A DNA stretch of 64,000 bases from Gemmatimonadaceae bacterium (GCA_040902085.1 JBBDXY010000002.1:20471-84470); one strand, 5' to 3'; counted from the first letter of the stretch, positions 54,366 to 64,000 are shown. Notes: generated by a model not told the origin, from the sequence alone. Made by a program: numbers and translations.

Positions 54366-55589
54366 ATGCTGCTCGGCGAAACCATTGGTGTAGCGCTCGG
54401 TGCGCTCAGGGCGAACAAGCTCCGGTCTTTTCTGACGATGCTGGGAGTTGTAATCGGTGTGGGCGCGGTCATCGCCGTCGTGGCGCTCGGACGCGGCGCG
54501 CAGCAATCGGTCAACGCCCGGATTAGCGCCCTGGGAACGACGCTGCTGACGGTTTTTCCGGGCCGGGTCGTCCGCGCCGGCATCGCCGCCGAGACCGATC
54601 GGGCCGAGCTGACGATCGCCGATGCGCGAGCCCTCGAGGCGGCGAACAGTCCGCTCATCACCGCGGTTCAGCCCGAGATGTCTCGCAACTTTCAGGTGCA
54701 GCATCTCACGTTCAACACCAATACGCAGGTCATCGGCACGACCGCGAATTATCTCGAGGTCAGGAAATACAGGCTGGCGTCCGGGCGCATGTTCACCGAG
54801 CTGGATGACAGTCAGAGCCGTCGGGTGGTAGTGCTTGGCGCTACCGCGGCCGAGGAGCTGGGATCGCAATCGCCGAGCGATCTGGTTGGCCAGAACGTGC
54901 GGCTGAGAGGCATTCAGTTCGAGGTGATTGGAGTGCTGGCAGCCAAGGGCGCCACCGGCGGCTTCGGGAATCCCGACGATCAGGTGCTGATACCGCTTGG
55001 CACCGCGCAGTTCCGCGTTTTCGGAAGCGATCGCGTTCGTCAGATCGGCGTCATCGCGGTGAACGAGGAGAAGATCCCCAACGCCATGGCGGAGATTCAG
55101 AAGGTGCTGCGTCGCGAGCACCGGCTCAGGCCTGGCGTCGACGACGACTTCCAGATCCGGAGTCAGGCGGACTTTCTAAGCACGCTGGGCGAGACCACTC
55201 AGATCTTCACCTTCCTGCTCTCGGGAATTGCGGCGGTCAGCCTGCTCGTCGGTGGCATCGGCATCATGAACATCATGCTGGTATCGGTCACCGAGCGGAC
55301 CCGTGAGATCGGCGTGCGAAAGGCGTTGGGCGCGACGCCGCGCAACATCCTCCTCCAGTTTCTCATCGAAGCGGTGGTGCTATGTCTCCTCGGCGGGGTA
55401 GGGGGCATTCTGTTCGGCTGGGCGGGGGCGATCGCGCTCGCACAGTTCGGGAACTTCAACACCGCGGTGGCGCCTTCTTCGATCCTGCTGGCCTTCTTCT
55501 TCTCGGGGTTCGTCGGCGTTCTGTTCGGCGTCTGGCCGGCGCGGCGAGCAGCGGGCCTCGATCCGATTCAATCGCTCAGATACGAGTAG
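54366..55589 (+). CDS. MacB-like ABC transporter permease (MacB_PCD + FtsX), no fused ATPase
   Basis: LRANKLRSFLTMLGVVIGVGAVIAVVALG N-terminus, FtsX-type C-terminal 3-TM block, and DPIQSLRYE ending. Confidence 0.8.
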   Translation: MLLGETIGVALGALRANKLRSFLTMLGVVIGVGAVIAVVALGRGAQQSVNARISALGTTLLTVFPGRVVRAGIAAETDRAELTIADARALEAANSPLITAVQPEMSRNFQVQHLTFNTNTQVIGTTANYLEVRKYRLASGRMFTELDDSQSRRVVVLGATAAEELGSQSPSDLVGQNVRLRGIQFEVIGVLAAKGATGGFGNPDDQVLIPLGTAQFRVFGSDRVRQIGVIAVNEEKIPNAMAEIQKVLRREHRLRPGVDDDFQIRSQADFLSTLGETTQIFTFLLSGIAAVSLLVGGIGIMNIMLVSVTERTREIGVRKALGATPRNILLQFLIEAVVLCLLGGVGGILFGWAGAIALAQFGNFNTAVAPSSILLAFFFSGFVGVLFGVWPARRAAGLDPIQSLRYE

Positions 55590-55612
55590 ATGGCCGTCGA
55601 AGCGCGACGGCA

Positions 55613-56596
55613 ATGAAAGCGATCGTCATCACGCGACCCGGCAACGCTGAAGTGCTCGAAATGCAGGAGCGTCCGATACCCGAGCCTGGAGTCGGACAGG
55701 TTCGCGTGCGCGTCAGAGCGTCTGCGCTCAATCGCGCGGACATCCTGCAGCGCGAAGGAAACTATCCCGTCCCACCCGGCGCGCCGGCTGACATCAGCGG
55801 AATGGAGTACGCAGGCGAGGTGGACGCTGTGGGACAGGCGGCGAGCCTGTGGAAAGCCGGCGATCGCGTGATGGGAATCGTCGGTGGCGGCGGACACGCC
55901 GAATTTCTGTGCGTACACGAGCGCGAAGCGATGCCGATTCCCGGCGGGATGGCGTGGGAAGAGGCAGCAGCGATCCCGGAAGCATTTCTCACCGCGTACG
56001 ACGCGCTGTTCAATCGCCTGAAACTACAGGCCGGCGAGATGTTGCTCATTCATGCGGTGGCGAGCGGAGTTGGAACGGCGGGTCTGCAGCTCGCCCGGGT
56101 TGCGGGAGCGACAGTGGTTGGAACCGCGCGCTCACCAGGAAAGCTCGAGCGGGCGAAGAAGCTCGGTCTCGATGTCGCCATCGACTCGTCGCGTGAGGAT
56201 TGGCCGGCACAGATCGAAAAGGCGGTCGGCGCAGAGCGCGTGGATGCCGTGATGGATCTAGTCGGCGGGAGCTATCTCGAGGGAAATCTGCGTGTGCTGG
56301 CGCTGCGCGGGAGAATCGTCGTCGTCGGACTCACCGGTGGCGCGACCGCGCAATTCAACATGGGCGCGCTGCTCAGAAAACGGTTGACAATCGTGGGGAC
56401 AGTGCTCCGATCCCGACCGCTGGAAGAAAAGATCGAGCTCGCTCGCGATTTCTCCGAGCATGTTGTGCCGCTCTTCGAGACCGGTAAGATCACACCCGTC
56501 GTCGATCGGGTTCTTTCCTTCCAGGAAATCCGCGCCGCCCACGAGTTAATGGAGTCAAACGAGACATTCGGAAAGCTCGTCCTGGGCTGGGACTGA
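55613..56596 (+). CDS. NAD(P)H:quinone oxidoreductase (zeta-crystallin/MDR family)
   Basis: Start trimmed to MKAIVITRPG. Has ALNRADILQREGNYP and the Rossmann motif AVASGVGTA. Confidence 0.8.
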   Translation: MKAIVITRPGNAEVLEMQERPIPEPGVGQVRVRVRASALNRADILQREGNYPVPPGAPADISGMEYAGEVDAVGQAASLWKAGDRVMGIVGGGGHAEFLCVHEREAMPIPGGMAWEEAAAIPEAFLTAYDALFNRLKLQAGEMLLIHAVASGVGTAGLQLARVAGATVVGTARSPGKLERAKKLGLDVAIDSSREDWPAQIEKAVGAERVDAVMDLVGGSYLEGNLRVLALRGRIVVVGLTGGATAQFNMGALLRKRLTIVGTVLRSRPLEEKIELARDFSEHVVPLFETGKITPVVDRVLSFQEIRAAHELMESNETFGKLVLGWD

Positions 56597-56663
56597 TGTG
56601 GATTCGCCCGCAGCCCACAGCCGGCCCGCCCACAGCCCCCCGCCGGTAGTCTTCAGTTCGTCT

Positions 56664-58466
56664 TTAGCTTTTCCCTTTCCGTCTCTTACTCTTCCTGTCG
56701 CTGATCATGATGGTGACCACCATCCACATCCCGATTACGGCTGCGAGTATGAATCCGATCATCCCCAGCCGGCGCTGATACTGGAGTAGCAAGCCGCTCG
56801 CGACCAGCAGTCCTCCCAGCACGAGTCCGGTGAAAATGCGGTTGGCGACTTTCTCCAGTCCTAGCAAAAGCGACCCCAGCTGCGGAGTGTCGACGCGCAC
56901 CCCGAAATCGTCGGCGACCAGCTTCTGTGTGAAAAGGTCGAGCCGGTGTGGCAGCGCGCGCATCAGGTCGGAGGTCTCCGCCGCGATCTGGAACAGCCGG
57001 CGCGGCGACATGTCGCGCTTCGCGCGCTTGTTGGCGATCTCGCTCGTGTAGTCGCGGATCGACTCGGTGGGGTTGAAGCCGGGGTCGAGCGCTCTCGTAA
57101 CGGCGTCCAAGTTGAACAGCGCCTTGGCGAGGAGCGTGAGCTCGGCGGGGAGCTTGAGCCCCTCGCGAAATGCGATCGAGATCATCTCGTAGAGAATGAT
57201 CCCGGCCGGCGTCTCTTCCACCGTCTGATTTGCGTGCTTGGCGACCAGCGCCGAGACGTCCCGTACGTACGCCGCGCGGTCGAACTCGTCCGGCGCTTCA
57301 CCGATCTCGATCAATGTCTCCGCCGCGGCGTCCCCGTTGTTCTCGGCCATTGCCAGCAGCAGCCGCACTACGTTGTCGCGCATCTTGCCGGTGAGGTGCG
57401 CCGTCATTCCGAAATCAATGAGCGCCAGCTTCGGGTCGTCGCGCGGCGGGGCGGGAACGGCCGCGGCTTTGGCGGCGTTCTCCGACTCCGTCAGCGCCGT
57501 CGCGCCCGGTCGTGCCTGCTCCCGGCGGTCGTCATCGGCCGCTTCCGCAGGGGTCTTCGGGTTCTCGCGACCGGGGAGAACGACGAACACGTTTCCCGGG
57601 TGCGGATCGGCGTGAAAATGTCCGCTGTCGGTGATCTGGTGCAGGTACGCGTGCGCGAACTCTTCGGCAAGCCCGGAGAAATCGTGCTCGATGCGGCTGA
57701 CCGGCGGAATCGCATCGATCTTCACGCCCTTGATGCGCTCGGTGGTGAGAACCTTGTGCGTCGTGTAAGCGTCGATGACGCGCGGAATGAGGATGTGCGG
57801 GAACGTCGCCAGCGATCTTCTGAAAGACGCCGCGTTTCTCGCCTCGGTGCGGTAATCGAGCTCGTCGACCAGCGCGCGCTCCACCTGCTGCACGACGCCC
57901 ACGAGATCGACGCGCGATCCGGCCCCCGTGTGCGCGGTGAGGAAGGTCGCCAGATCGCGGAAGAACTCGATGTCGTCACTCAGCTGCTCACGCAGATTGG
58001 GGCGCTGCACCTTCACCACGACGCTGCGTCCATCGCGGAGCTCCGCCGCGTGAACCTGGCCGAGGCTGGCGCTTCCCAACGGCTCCGTCTCGAATGACGC
58101 GAACAGCTTGCTGATGCGCGCGCCGAGCTCTTCCTCTATTGTGGTCTCGACCACCTCGTAAGGCATTGGCGGGACGGCGTCCTGAAGGTGCTCGAGCTCG
58201 TCGATGTACTGGCGGGGGAGGAGGTCGGGCCGGGTAGAGAGGACCTGCCCGAGCTTTATGTAAGCCGGCCCGAGATCGACGAGCCTCTCGCGGAATGCCT
58301 TCGCCTTGTCAGCCGATTCGCCGTCCTCCGATCCGTCGGTTGCGGCGAGACCGGCTCCATCGAGGTTCATCAGGCCCTGGCGATTGGCGAAATCGCGGAG
58401 GCCGTAACTGGTGAACAGTCCCAGCGTCGACGCCAGGCGTGGAAGGTGCTTTGGCGAGAGGATCAT
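56664..58466 (-). CDS. ubiB: ABC1/UbiB-family atypical kinase with C-terminal TM helices
   Basis: Contains LGPAYIKLGQVLSTRPDLLP, ASLGQVH and HADPHPGNVFV. Confidence 0.8.
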   Translation of the reverse strand: MILSPKHLPRLASTLGLFTSYGLRDFANRQGLMNLDGAGLAATDGSEDGESADKAKAFRERLVDLGPAYIKLGQVLSTRPDLLPRQYIDELEHLQDAVPPMPYEVVETTIEEELGARISKLFASFETEPLGSASLGQVHAAELRDGRSVVVKVQRPNLREQLSDDIEFFRDLATFLTAHTGAGSRVDLVGVVQQVERALVDELDYRTEARNAASFRRSLATFPHILIPRVIDAYTTHKVLTTERIKGVKIDAIPPVSRIEHDFSGLAEEFAHAYLHQITDSGHFHADPHPGNVFVVLPGRENPKTPAEAADDDRREQARPGATALTESENAAKAAAVPAPPRDDPKLALIDFGMTAHLTGKMRDNVVRLLLAMAENNGDAAAETLIEIGEAPDEFDRAAYVRDVSALVAKHANQTVEETPAGIILYEMISIAFREGLKLPAELTLLAKALFNLDAVTRALDPGFNPTESIRDYTSEIANKRAKRDMSPRRLFQIAAETSDLMRALPHRLDLFTQKLVADDFGVRVDTPQLGSLLLGLEKVANRIFTGLVLGGLLVASGLLLQYQRRLGMIGFILAAVIGMWMVVTIMISDRKSKRRKGKS

Positions 58467-58537
58467 ACGCTACGCGGGGGCAGAAAGCATGCCCGCGCCA
58501 GTTAGCCTCCAGTGACACGACGGGGCGATATTTATGC

Positions 58538-58966
58538 ATGCCTAAAGCAGAACGAGGTCGCGGGACCGGGGGTGGCCCGGCCAAAACAGGCCGCGTCAGC
58601 GTGGTCAAAGTGCCGAAGCCGTGGGGGCACGAGACGATATGGGCCCGGTCCGACCGGTACGTCGGCAAGATTCTCCACATCAACGCCGGACATGAGCTCT
58701 CAGTGCAATTCCATAACAAAAAGGACGAAACGATCTACCTGCTTTCCGGGGAGATCATCTACCGCGTACAGAAGGATCCTTCGAAAAGGGACCGGCTCGA
58801 GGACGTGAAGCTCGAGGTCGGGGAGTCGTTCAGGATCACGCCCGGGACCGTTCACCAGATGGTGGCCGTGACCGACTGTGACGTGCTTGAAGTGTCGACG
58901 CCCGAGCTCGACGACGTAGTACGCCTGAGCGACAAATACGGACGCGAAGGGACGAGCGCTCCGTGA
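58538..58966 (+). CDS. Cupin-fold protein (mannose-6-phosphate isomerase type II C-terminal-like)
   Basis: Start trimmed to MPKAERG. Contains KPWGHETIWA, LSVQFHNKKDETIYLLSG and GTVHQM. Confidence 0.6.
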   Translation: MPKAERGRGTGGGPAKTGRVSVVKVPKPWGHETIWARSDRYVGKILHINAGHELSVQFHNKKDETIYLLSGEIIYRVQKDPSKRDRLEDVKLEVGESFRITPGTVHQMVAVTDCDVLEVSTPELDDVVRLSDKYGREGTSAP

Positions 58967-59946
58967 AGGTCATAATCCCGCTGGCCGGCAAGGGAACGCG
59001 GCTCCGTCCCCACACGCATCTCATTCCGAAGCCGATGATGAAAGTCGCCGGCAAGCCCGTCATGTCGTACGTGCTCGACGAGCTGAAGAAGCTGGGGAAC
59101 GTCGAGCAGGTGATCTACATCACGGGCCATCTCAAGGAGAAAGTCGAGCAGTTCGCCCGCTCCGAGATGGACGTTCCCTCGGTGTTCGTCGAGCAGAAGG
59201 TACAGGATGGCACCGCCGGCGCGGTCGCACTGGCCAAGCCTTACGTCGACCAGCCGGTGCTGATCGTCTTCGTCGACACGATCTTCGACGCCGACCTCAC
59301 CAAGGTGAAAACCGTCGACGCCGACGGGATCATCTGGGTGAAGGAGGTGGAGGATTACCAGCGGTTCGGCGTCGTCGTGACCGACAAGAGCGGGAACATG
59401 ACGAAGATCGTCGAGAAGCCGAAGACCCCGATCTCCAAGCGCGCGAACATCGGCCTCTATTACATCAAGAACTGGAAGCTGCTGTATGAGGGCATAGATC
59501 ACGTCCTGAGCCAGCCGAAGAATCAGGGCGAGTACTTTCTCACCGACGCGTTCCAGTACATGATCGACAAGGGCGCCAGGATTCAGGTCGTCGACGTCGA
59601 GGGATGGTACGATGCCGGGAAGATCGACACCCTGATCGAGACCAACCAGGCGATGCTCGCGCGCGGACGGTCACGCCAGCCAAAGGACATCGGAGACTCG
59701 ACCATCATTCCTCCCGTTCACATCGAGGAGGGAGTGAAGCTCAGGAAGTCGAAGATCGGTCCCAACGTCTCTATCGGCGCGGGGGCGGTCATCGAGGAGA
59801 GCGAGATCAGCCATTCGATCATCGGCTCGAAGTCGAAGATAACGAGATCGGTGCTGACCAATTCCCTCGTCGGGGACGAGACAATTCTCGTTGGCGTAGC
59901 GGGCGAAGTCACCGTGGGGGATCACTCGGAAGTGCGCGCATCGTAG
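58963..59946 (+). CDS. Sugar-phosphate nucleotidyltransferase with C-terminal left-handed beta-helix
   Basis: IIPLAGKGTRLRPHTHLIPKPMM signature plus hexapeptide-like repeats at the C-terminus. The GTGA overlaps the upstream stop. Confidence 0.75.
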   Translation: MKVIIPLAGKGTRLRPHTHLIPKPMMKVAGKPVMSYVLDELKKLGNVEQVIYITGHLKEKVEQFARSEMDVPSVFVEQKVQDGTAGAVALAKPYVDQPVLIVFVDTIFDADLTKVKTVDADGIIWVKEVEDYQRFGVVVTDKSGNMTKIVEKPKTPISKRANIGLYYIKNWKLLYEGIDHVLSQPKNQGEYFLTDAFQYMIDKGARIQVVDVEGWYDAGKIDTLIETNQAMLARGRSRQPKDIGDSTIIPPVHIEEGVKLRKSKIGPNVSIGAGAVIEESEISHSIIGSKSKITRSVLTNSLVGDETILVGVAGEVTVGDHSEVRAS

Positions 59947-59990
59947 CGCCGCAAACGGAGCGAACAAAGCGGCCGAAACTCGGCCGAAAC

Positions 59991-61199
59991 GTGCTTGGCC
60001 TGGGCGCCGTGAGCTTTTTCACCGATGCGTCCACGGAGATGATCTATCCTCTGCTGCCGGTGTTCCTCGCCGGCGTGCTCGGCGCGAACGCTAGCTTCAT
60101 CGGAGCGATCGAAGGAGCGGCGGAATCGACAGCCTCGCTGCTCAAGGTGATCACCGGCGCCTGGTCGGACAAAATCGGACGCAGAAAGCCTCTGGTTGTC
60201 GCCGGCTACGCGCTGGCGTCGATCGTCCGGCCATTCACCGCGCTGGCGCAAACGGCGACGCAGGTGCTGGCGCTCCGCGTTACGGACCGCATCGGGAAGG
60301 GAATCCGTACTGCTCCGCGTGACGCGCTATTGGCCGACTCCGCGCCAGCCGAGGTGCGGGGACGCGCGTTCGGCTTCCACGCGGCGGCCGACAACGCGGG
60401 AGCGGTGCTCGGACCGCTGGTCGCGTTTCTGTTTCTCAAGGTGCAGGGAGTGGAGTCGTTCACGGCCACCGGTCTCGGCGCGGGCGACGAACAGGCGATC
60501 AGAAACGTGTTTTGGCTGGCGTCGATTCCTGCGGCGATCGCCGTCGCCATTCTCATCCTCATTGTGCGCGACGTTCCGCGCACGCAGGCCGGAGACAAAG
60601 CGGCAGCCGACGCGGGAGCGACAGCTTCACCTCAGAGGTTCTCACGCCGGTTCTGGAGCTTCCTCGTCGTCGTTCTGCTCTTCACACTCGGCAACTCCAC
60701 CGACGCATTCCTGCTGCTGCGCGCGCATCAATTGGGAGTTCCGATCGCCCTGGCGCCGATTCTCTGGGCGCTGCTCAACCTGGTGAAAGCCGCCACCGGA
60801 ACCTATGGCGGACAGCTCTCCGATACGATCGGTCGCAAGCCTCTCATCATCGGCGGCTGGATTCTGTACGCGGCGGTTTACTTCGCTTTTGGCTGGGCTA
60901 CGGCGGCGTGGCAGGCGTGGGTGCTCTTCGCCGTCTATGGACTCTTCTACGGTATGACGGAGGGGACGGAGAAAGCGCTCGTCGCCGATCTCGTCCCGCG
61001 GGTGCGGCGCGGCGCCGCTTATGGTTGGTACAATCTCGCGATCGGATTGGGCGCGCTGCCCGCCTCACTGATTTTCGGCGCGATCTGGGACCGCTCGGGC
61101 TCACCCAGTGCGTTCGTATTCGGCGCTGCGCTGGCTCTGTTTGCGGCGCTGCTCATGGCGTTCGTCGCTCCCGGTCGCATGGTCCGCGAGGTGAAGTGA
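59991..61199 (+). CDS. MFS transporter
   Basis: About 12 hydrophobic segments, including DKIGRRKPLVVAG (MFS loop 2-3 motif). There is no in-frame ATG, so the GTG at 59991 is chosen; start uncertain. Confidence 0.7.
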   Translation: MLGLGAVSFFTDASTEMIYPLLPVFLAGVLGANASFIGAIEGAAESTASLLKVITGAWSDKIGRRKPLVVAGYALASIVRPFTALAQTATQVLALRVTDRIGKGIRTAPRDALLADSAPAEVRGRAFGFHAAADNAGAVLGPLVAFLFLKVQGVESFTATGLGAGDEQAIRNVFWLASIPAAIAVAILILIVRDVPRTQAGDKAAADAGATASPQRFSRRFWSFLVVVLLFTLGNSTDAFLLLRAHQLGVPIALAPILWALLNLVKAATGTYGGQLSDTIGRKPLIIGGWILYAAVYFAFGWATAAWQAWVLFAVYGLFYGMTEGTEKALVADLVPRVRRGAAYGWYNLAIGLGALPASLIFGAIWDRSGSPSAFVFGAALALFAALLMAFVAPGRMVREVK

Positions 61200-61291
61200 T
61201 CTCATAAGCGCTTCCCCGATTACGGTTCCTCGTTTCTTCCCGGCTAGTGTGCGCGCGTTATCGGTCGCACCACTCGCCAGAGGAGGAAAGC

Positions 61292-62615
61292 ATGAAGCAC
61301 AGGAACCGCGGCAGGGTCGCTGGATTGTCGTTTATCGTGGCAGTCGTCGCCTGCGCGGATGGCGTCGAGCGAATAGCGGCGCCATCGGCATCGACACAGG
61401 GAGTCGCGGACGGAGGTCAGGACGCCACGGTGGCGGAGCGCGCGGCGCTCTCGAAAATCGGGCGGCTGGTCGCGATCTCGCTCGCCGACAGGGAGCTTCG
61501 GCATCGGCTGAAAAAGGATTTGCGCGCGGCGCCGTTCAAGGAGCACAAGCTGGAGCTGGGCCGATACCTTCGCAGCGCGGATGGACAGCAGCTGCTGCGC
61601 CGTATGGGCACTACGGGTGACCGGTCGGCTGACGCGATTCTGACGACACTGGACCAGGTTCGCTCTCTCGAGCTCTACATGCCGGTGCGCAAGCACCGGG
61701 AAGAATGGGTCGGGGATGGAGAGCTTCTGGTAGCGACGCAGCTCGAGGAGGACGACGCGATCGTGGCATTTAACGGGAGGGGGCAGGAGATCCGACTCGA
61801 TGCATCGACTGAACCGACACAGCCCACGATCTCGATCGTCGCTTCGGAAACGCGGTTCGATCAACCGATGCCGATTGGCTCGAAGAACATCGAGGATCGA
61901 AATGGTCAGGCGATCGGTACGCTGATGCCGCCGAGCTTCCAGCCCAGCGGCCGTGATATCGTGCGGGTCGTGCGACGGTGGTGGCGGAGGCGGCAGTGGT
62001 GGCAGCTCGAACCTTGGCGGACCGCTGCCGGGCGTGCAGCCTGGATTGTATCTCGAGTTCTCGCGGATTCTCGATATCCACGAGCCGTGGACCCGCGGGA
62101 GTCCGGAGATCGAGGTTCACATTCATGGTCCGACCGACCAGGGGAAGCCACAGGTCGGCGAAGATCTATCGTGCTCGGGAGAGGCGACTTATGACTACCG
62201 GAAGTGGTTCGATCAGAACGAAGGCTTCTGGCAAGGCAGAGCGATGCTATTCTCAGGGGACGAGGTCACTCGCTTCAACGGCAAGTTCAGCGACGGGTTT
62301 CACGTCCTTTTCTGGGAGGACGACGATACAGGGTGCGTCCTCAAGCTCGACAACGAGGTCCTGATCGAGCTGTTGAAGGCGACAGCCGCGGGTTCTTCCG
62401 TCGCACTCAGGATAGTGCCGTTCCAGTGGCGCCTGGTCGCAGCAGCTTTCCTGGCGGCCGTGTTCACAAACCCGGGTGAATGGCTCCGGACGAACGACGA
62501 TTTTGTCGGCGCGGCCGTGCTGCAGCAGGACGCGGGTTACAACTACCCGAACAACACGCATGTAATCATGAAAGGCACCACGCTGAACGGACGGGCCACG
62601 ATCGTCTATCGCTAG
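61292..62615 (+). pseudogene. Lipoprotein gene apparently split by a frameshift near 61926-61955 (ORFs 61247..62194 and 61953..62615)
   Basis: GAGGAGG SD plus MKHRNRGRVAGLSFIVAVVAC lipobox. After about 61955 the first frame turns into Arg/Trp-rich nonsense, while the other frame reads as protein (CDGGGGGGSGG linker, then a globular domain). Confidence 0.4.
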
Positions 62616-62625
62616 AGGAGGAGAA

Positions 62626-63117
62626 ATGCCCCGAATCTTGCTCGCGTTTTGTATCGGTACCTGCGTCCTTTTAGGAGGCACGGGGACAATGGAAGGTCAG
62701 GAGCAACACGGCGTGCCAGAGTACGATGCTCGCGCCCTTCGCGTCGAGAACCGTGAAGGGGATCGTGTCGTCGTTCGCGGTCGCGATGGACTGGTTCTGG
62801 GAAAGATCGGCGGGCTTCGCGGTGGAGTCGATTTGGCCAATGTCGTAGCTCCTTCTGAGAACGCGGTTCGTGAGGCACGCGATTTCAGCAAGAGAGCCCG
62901 CCGTGGCAACTGGGCGATGACTGTCGGGCTAACCGCCATTAGCGTCTGGTTACTAACTGCCAGAATCCATGACATGGACCCAGCTGTCGCAACCGCGGTG
63001 GATGCGGCATATGCTGGCGGACTGGTTCTCGCCGTGTATGGCGCCGTGCAGCTTAACAGGGCCAATACCGCCCTGGGCCGCTCTATCTGGTGGTACAACC
63101 GGGATCTCGCCAGATAG
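62626..63117 (+). CDS. Hypothetical secreted/TM protein, paralog 1 (C-terminal WWYNRDL motif)
   Basis: Signal peptide, ALRVENREGDRVVVRGRDGLVLG, two hydrophobic helices, and a LGRSIWWYNRDLAR ending. Confidence 0.5.
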   Translation: MPRILLAFCIGTCVLLGGTGTMEGQEQHGVPEYDARALRVENREGDRVVVRGRDGLVLGKIGGLRGGVDLANVVAPSENAVREARDFSKRARRGNWAMTVGLTAISVWLLTARIHDMDPAVATAVDAAYAGGLVLAVYGAVQLNRANTALGRSIWWYNRDLAR

Positions 63118-63203
63118 CTGAGTGACGAGTTTCTTGTCGTAACAGTCGATGGACGTGTGGCCGAATGGGCCGCGCGTCCATCGATTGGCCTTCAAGGATC
63201 GTT

Positions 63204-63761
63204 ATGTCAAAAATATTCCTGAGATTGTTTCTCGCAGGTTGCATGACTCTGCTGCTACCCTCGTCCGTTTCCGCTCAATCGGAGAAGGGAGAGGTGGGCA
63301 GGGCGACCTCGATATGGGGCGATGCAGCAGCGTCCGCGTCGGACCTGATGAAAGCTGGAGCGGCGTCCGACAGCAGCTATGAAACCCGGGCCCTCCGCCT
63401 TGAATCGAACTGGGGAAATTTCCGGATCGTTCGGGGAGCAGAAGGCCTCGTTGTGGGAACCGCGGGCGTGTTCAGGACGGCTAACGTCGAGAGCATCGTC
63501 GCCGGATCACGACGCGCGGAGTCAGAAGCGAGACTCTTTCGCGCCAACCACCGTCCCGGATCAATCGCGGTCGCACTGGGCGCGGGTACTTTCGTAATGG
63601 GAGCGGTCGCCGCCACGAGCAGCGCCGGAAGTGCGGCCACGCCGGTGCTAATGGTTGCTGGTGTGGGCGGCATGGTATGGGGCGTGAGGAAGCTCAATAC
63701 GGCCTACACTTCGCTCTCGCGAGCGGTATGGTGGTACAATCGGGATCTTGTGGCGAAGTAA
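63204..63761 (+). CDS. Hypothetical secreted/TM protein, paralog 2
   Basis: Start trimmed to MSKIFLRLFLAGC. Has ALRLESNWGNFRIVRGAEGLVVG and a LSRAVWWYNRDLVAK ending. Confidence 0.5.
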   Translation: MSKIFLRLFLAGCMTLLLPSSVSAQSEKGEVGRATSIWGDAAASASDLMKAGAASDSSYETRALRLESNWGNFRIVRGAEGLVVGTAGVFRTANVESIVAGSRRAESEARLFRANHRPGSIAVALGAGTFVMGAVAATSSAGSAATPVLMVAGVGGMVWGVRKLNTAYTSLSRAVWWYNRDLVAK

Positions 63762-63846
63762 CGCAACCGCAGCTGCAAACTGCAACTGATAAGCTGCCTG
63801 CTCCCCGCTATACGATGCCCGCTGTCCGCTGCCTACGACACCGACT

Positions 63847-64000
63847 TTACGTCGCGCGGTTCTTCCTCCAGCGCCGATAGGCGATCCACGCTCCCGCGCC
63901 GAGGGCGGCAAGCGGAATCAACACGCCGAGCGAGGCGATGAGAAACGCGACCAGGGTGACGAAATTTCTCCACGCCCGGCGCAGTGCGGCTACGATCGGA
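63847..64000 (-). CDS. C-terminal fragment of a membrane-anchored protein (gene starts beyond the right edge)
   Basis: My own translation gives ...IVAALRRAWRNFVTLVAFLIASLGVLIPLAALGAGAWIAYRRWRKNRAT, with the stop codon at 63847-63849. Confidence 0.4.
   Translation of the reverse strand, partial: PIVAALRRAWRNFVTLVAFLIASLGVLIPLAALGAGAWIAYRRWRKNRAT

Overview
High-GC bacterial chromosome segment. The gene content looks Gemmatimonadota/Acidobacteriota-like (Ser/Thr kinase with TPR domains, PD40-amidohydrolase-type protein, MacB-like orphan permease); this placement is inference only. Core housekeeping and signalling genes occupy about 1-16.2 kb (argF, gcvT, mog, a sigma54 activator, a CHASE3 hybrid kinase, peroxiredoxin-DsbA) and 40.5-64 kb (three sensor kinases, the atpZ-I-B-E-F-H half of the ATP synthase operon, a TolC-MFP-permease efflux set, ubiB-like kinase, sugar nucleotidyltransferase, MFS transporter). 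Between them, about 19.0-40.4 kb, lies a visibly lower-GC (by eye) accessory region. It is built on three identical 44-bp direct repeats that match the anticodon-loop-to-3'-end of a tRNA-Pro(GGG). Repeats 1-2 bound a 4.5-kb integrase-less island carrying a TIR-like protein, DUF5343 and a TIGR02391 HEPN protein. Repeats 2-3 bound a 10.8-kb element with tyrosine integrase, HUH rolling-circle Rep and an Xis-like HTH protein; it carries a DUF3800 protein and a co-directional five-gene cargo operon. Downstream of repeat 3 are a frameshifted SWIM-DDE transposase, an RHH-regulated fused nuclease-methylase-specificity R-M gene, and a further membrane protein plus HEPN pair. Six proteins in this 18 kb carry an RN(x4-5)H HEPN-type motif. 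The best candidate for an undescribed defence system is the five-gene operon at 26734-30281, which encodes three consecutive HEPN-motif proteins, a small protein and a membrane protein. I also saw several short repeat families that the genes do not explain: TCAATAGTCT, TGAGCTTATGTGCAGCC and a TTGCGTT palindromic element. Many long ORFs in the supplied track are antisense shadows typical of high-GC DNA and were not called. All domain calls come from motif recognition by eye; no searches were run.
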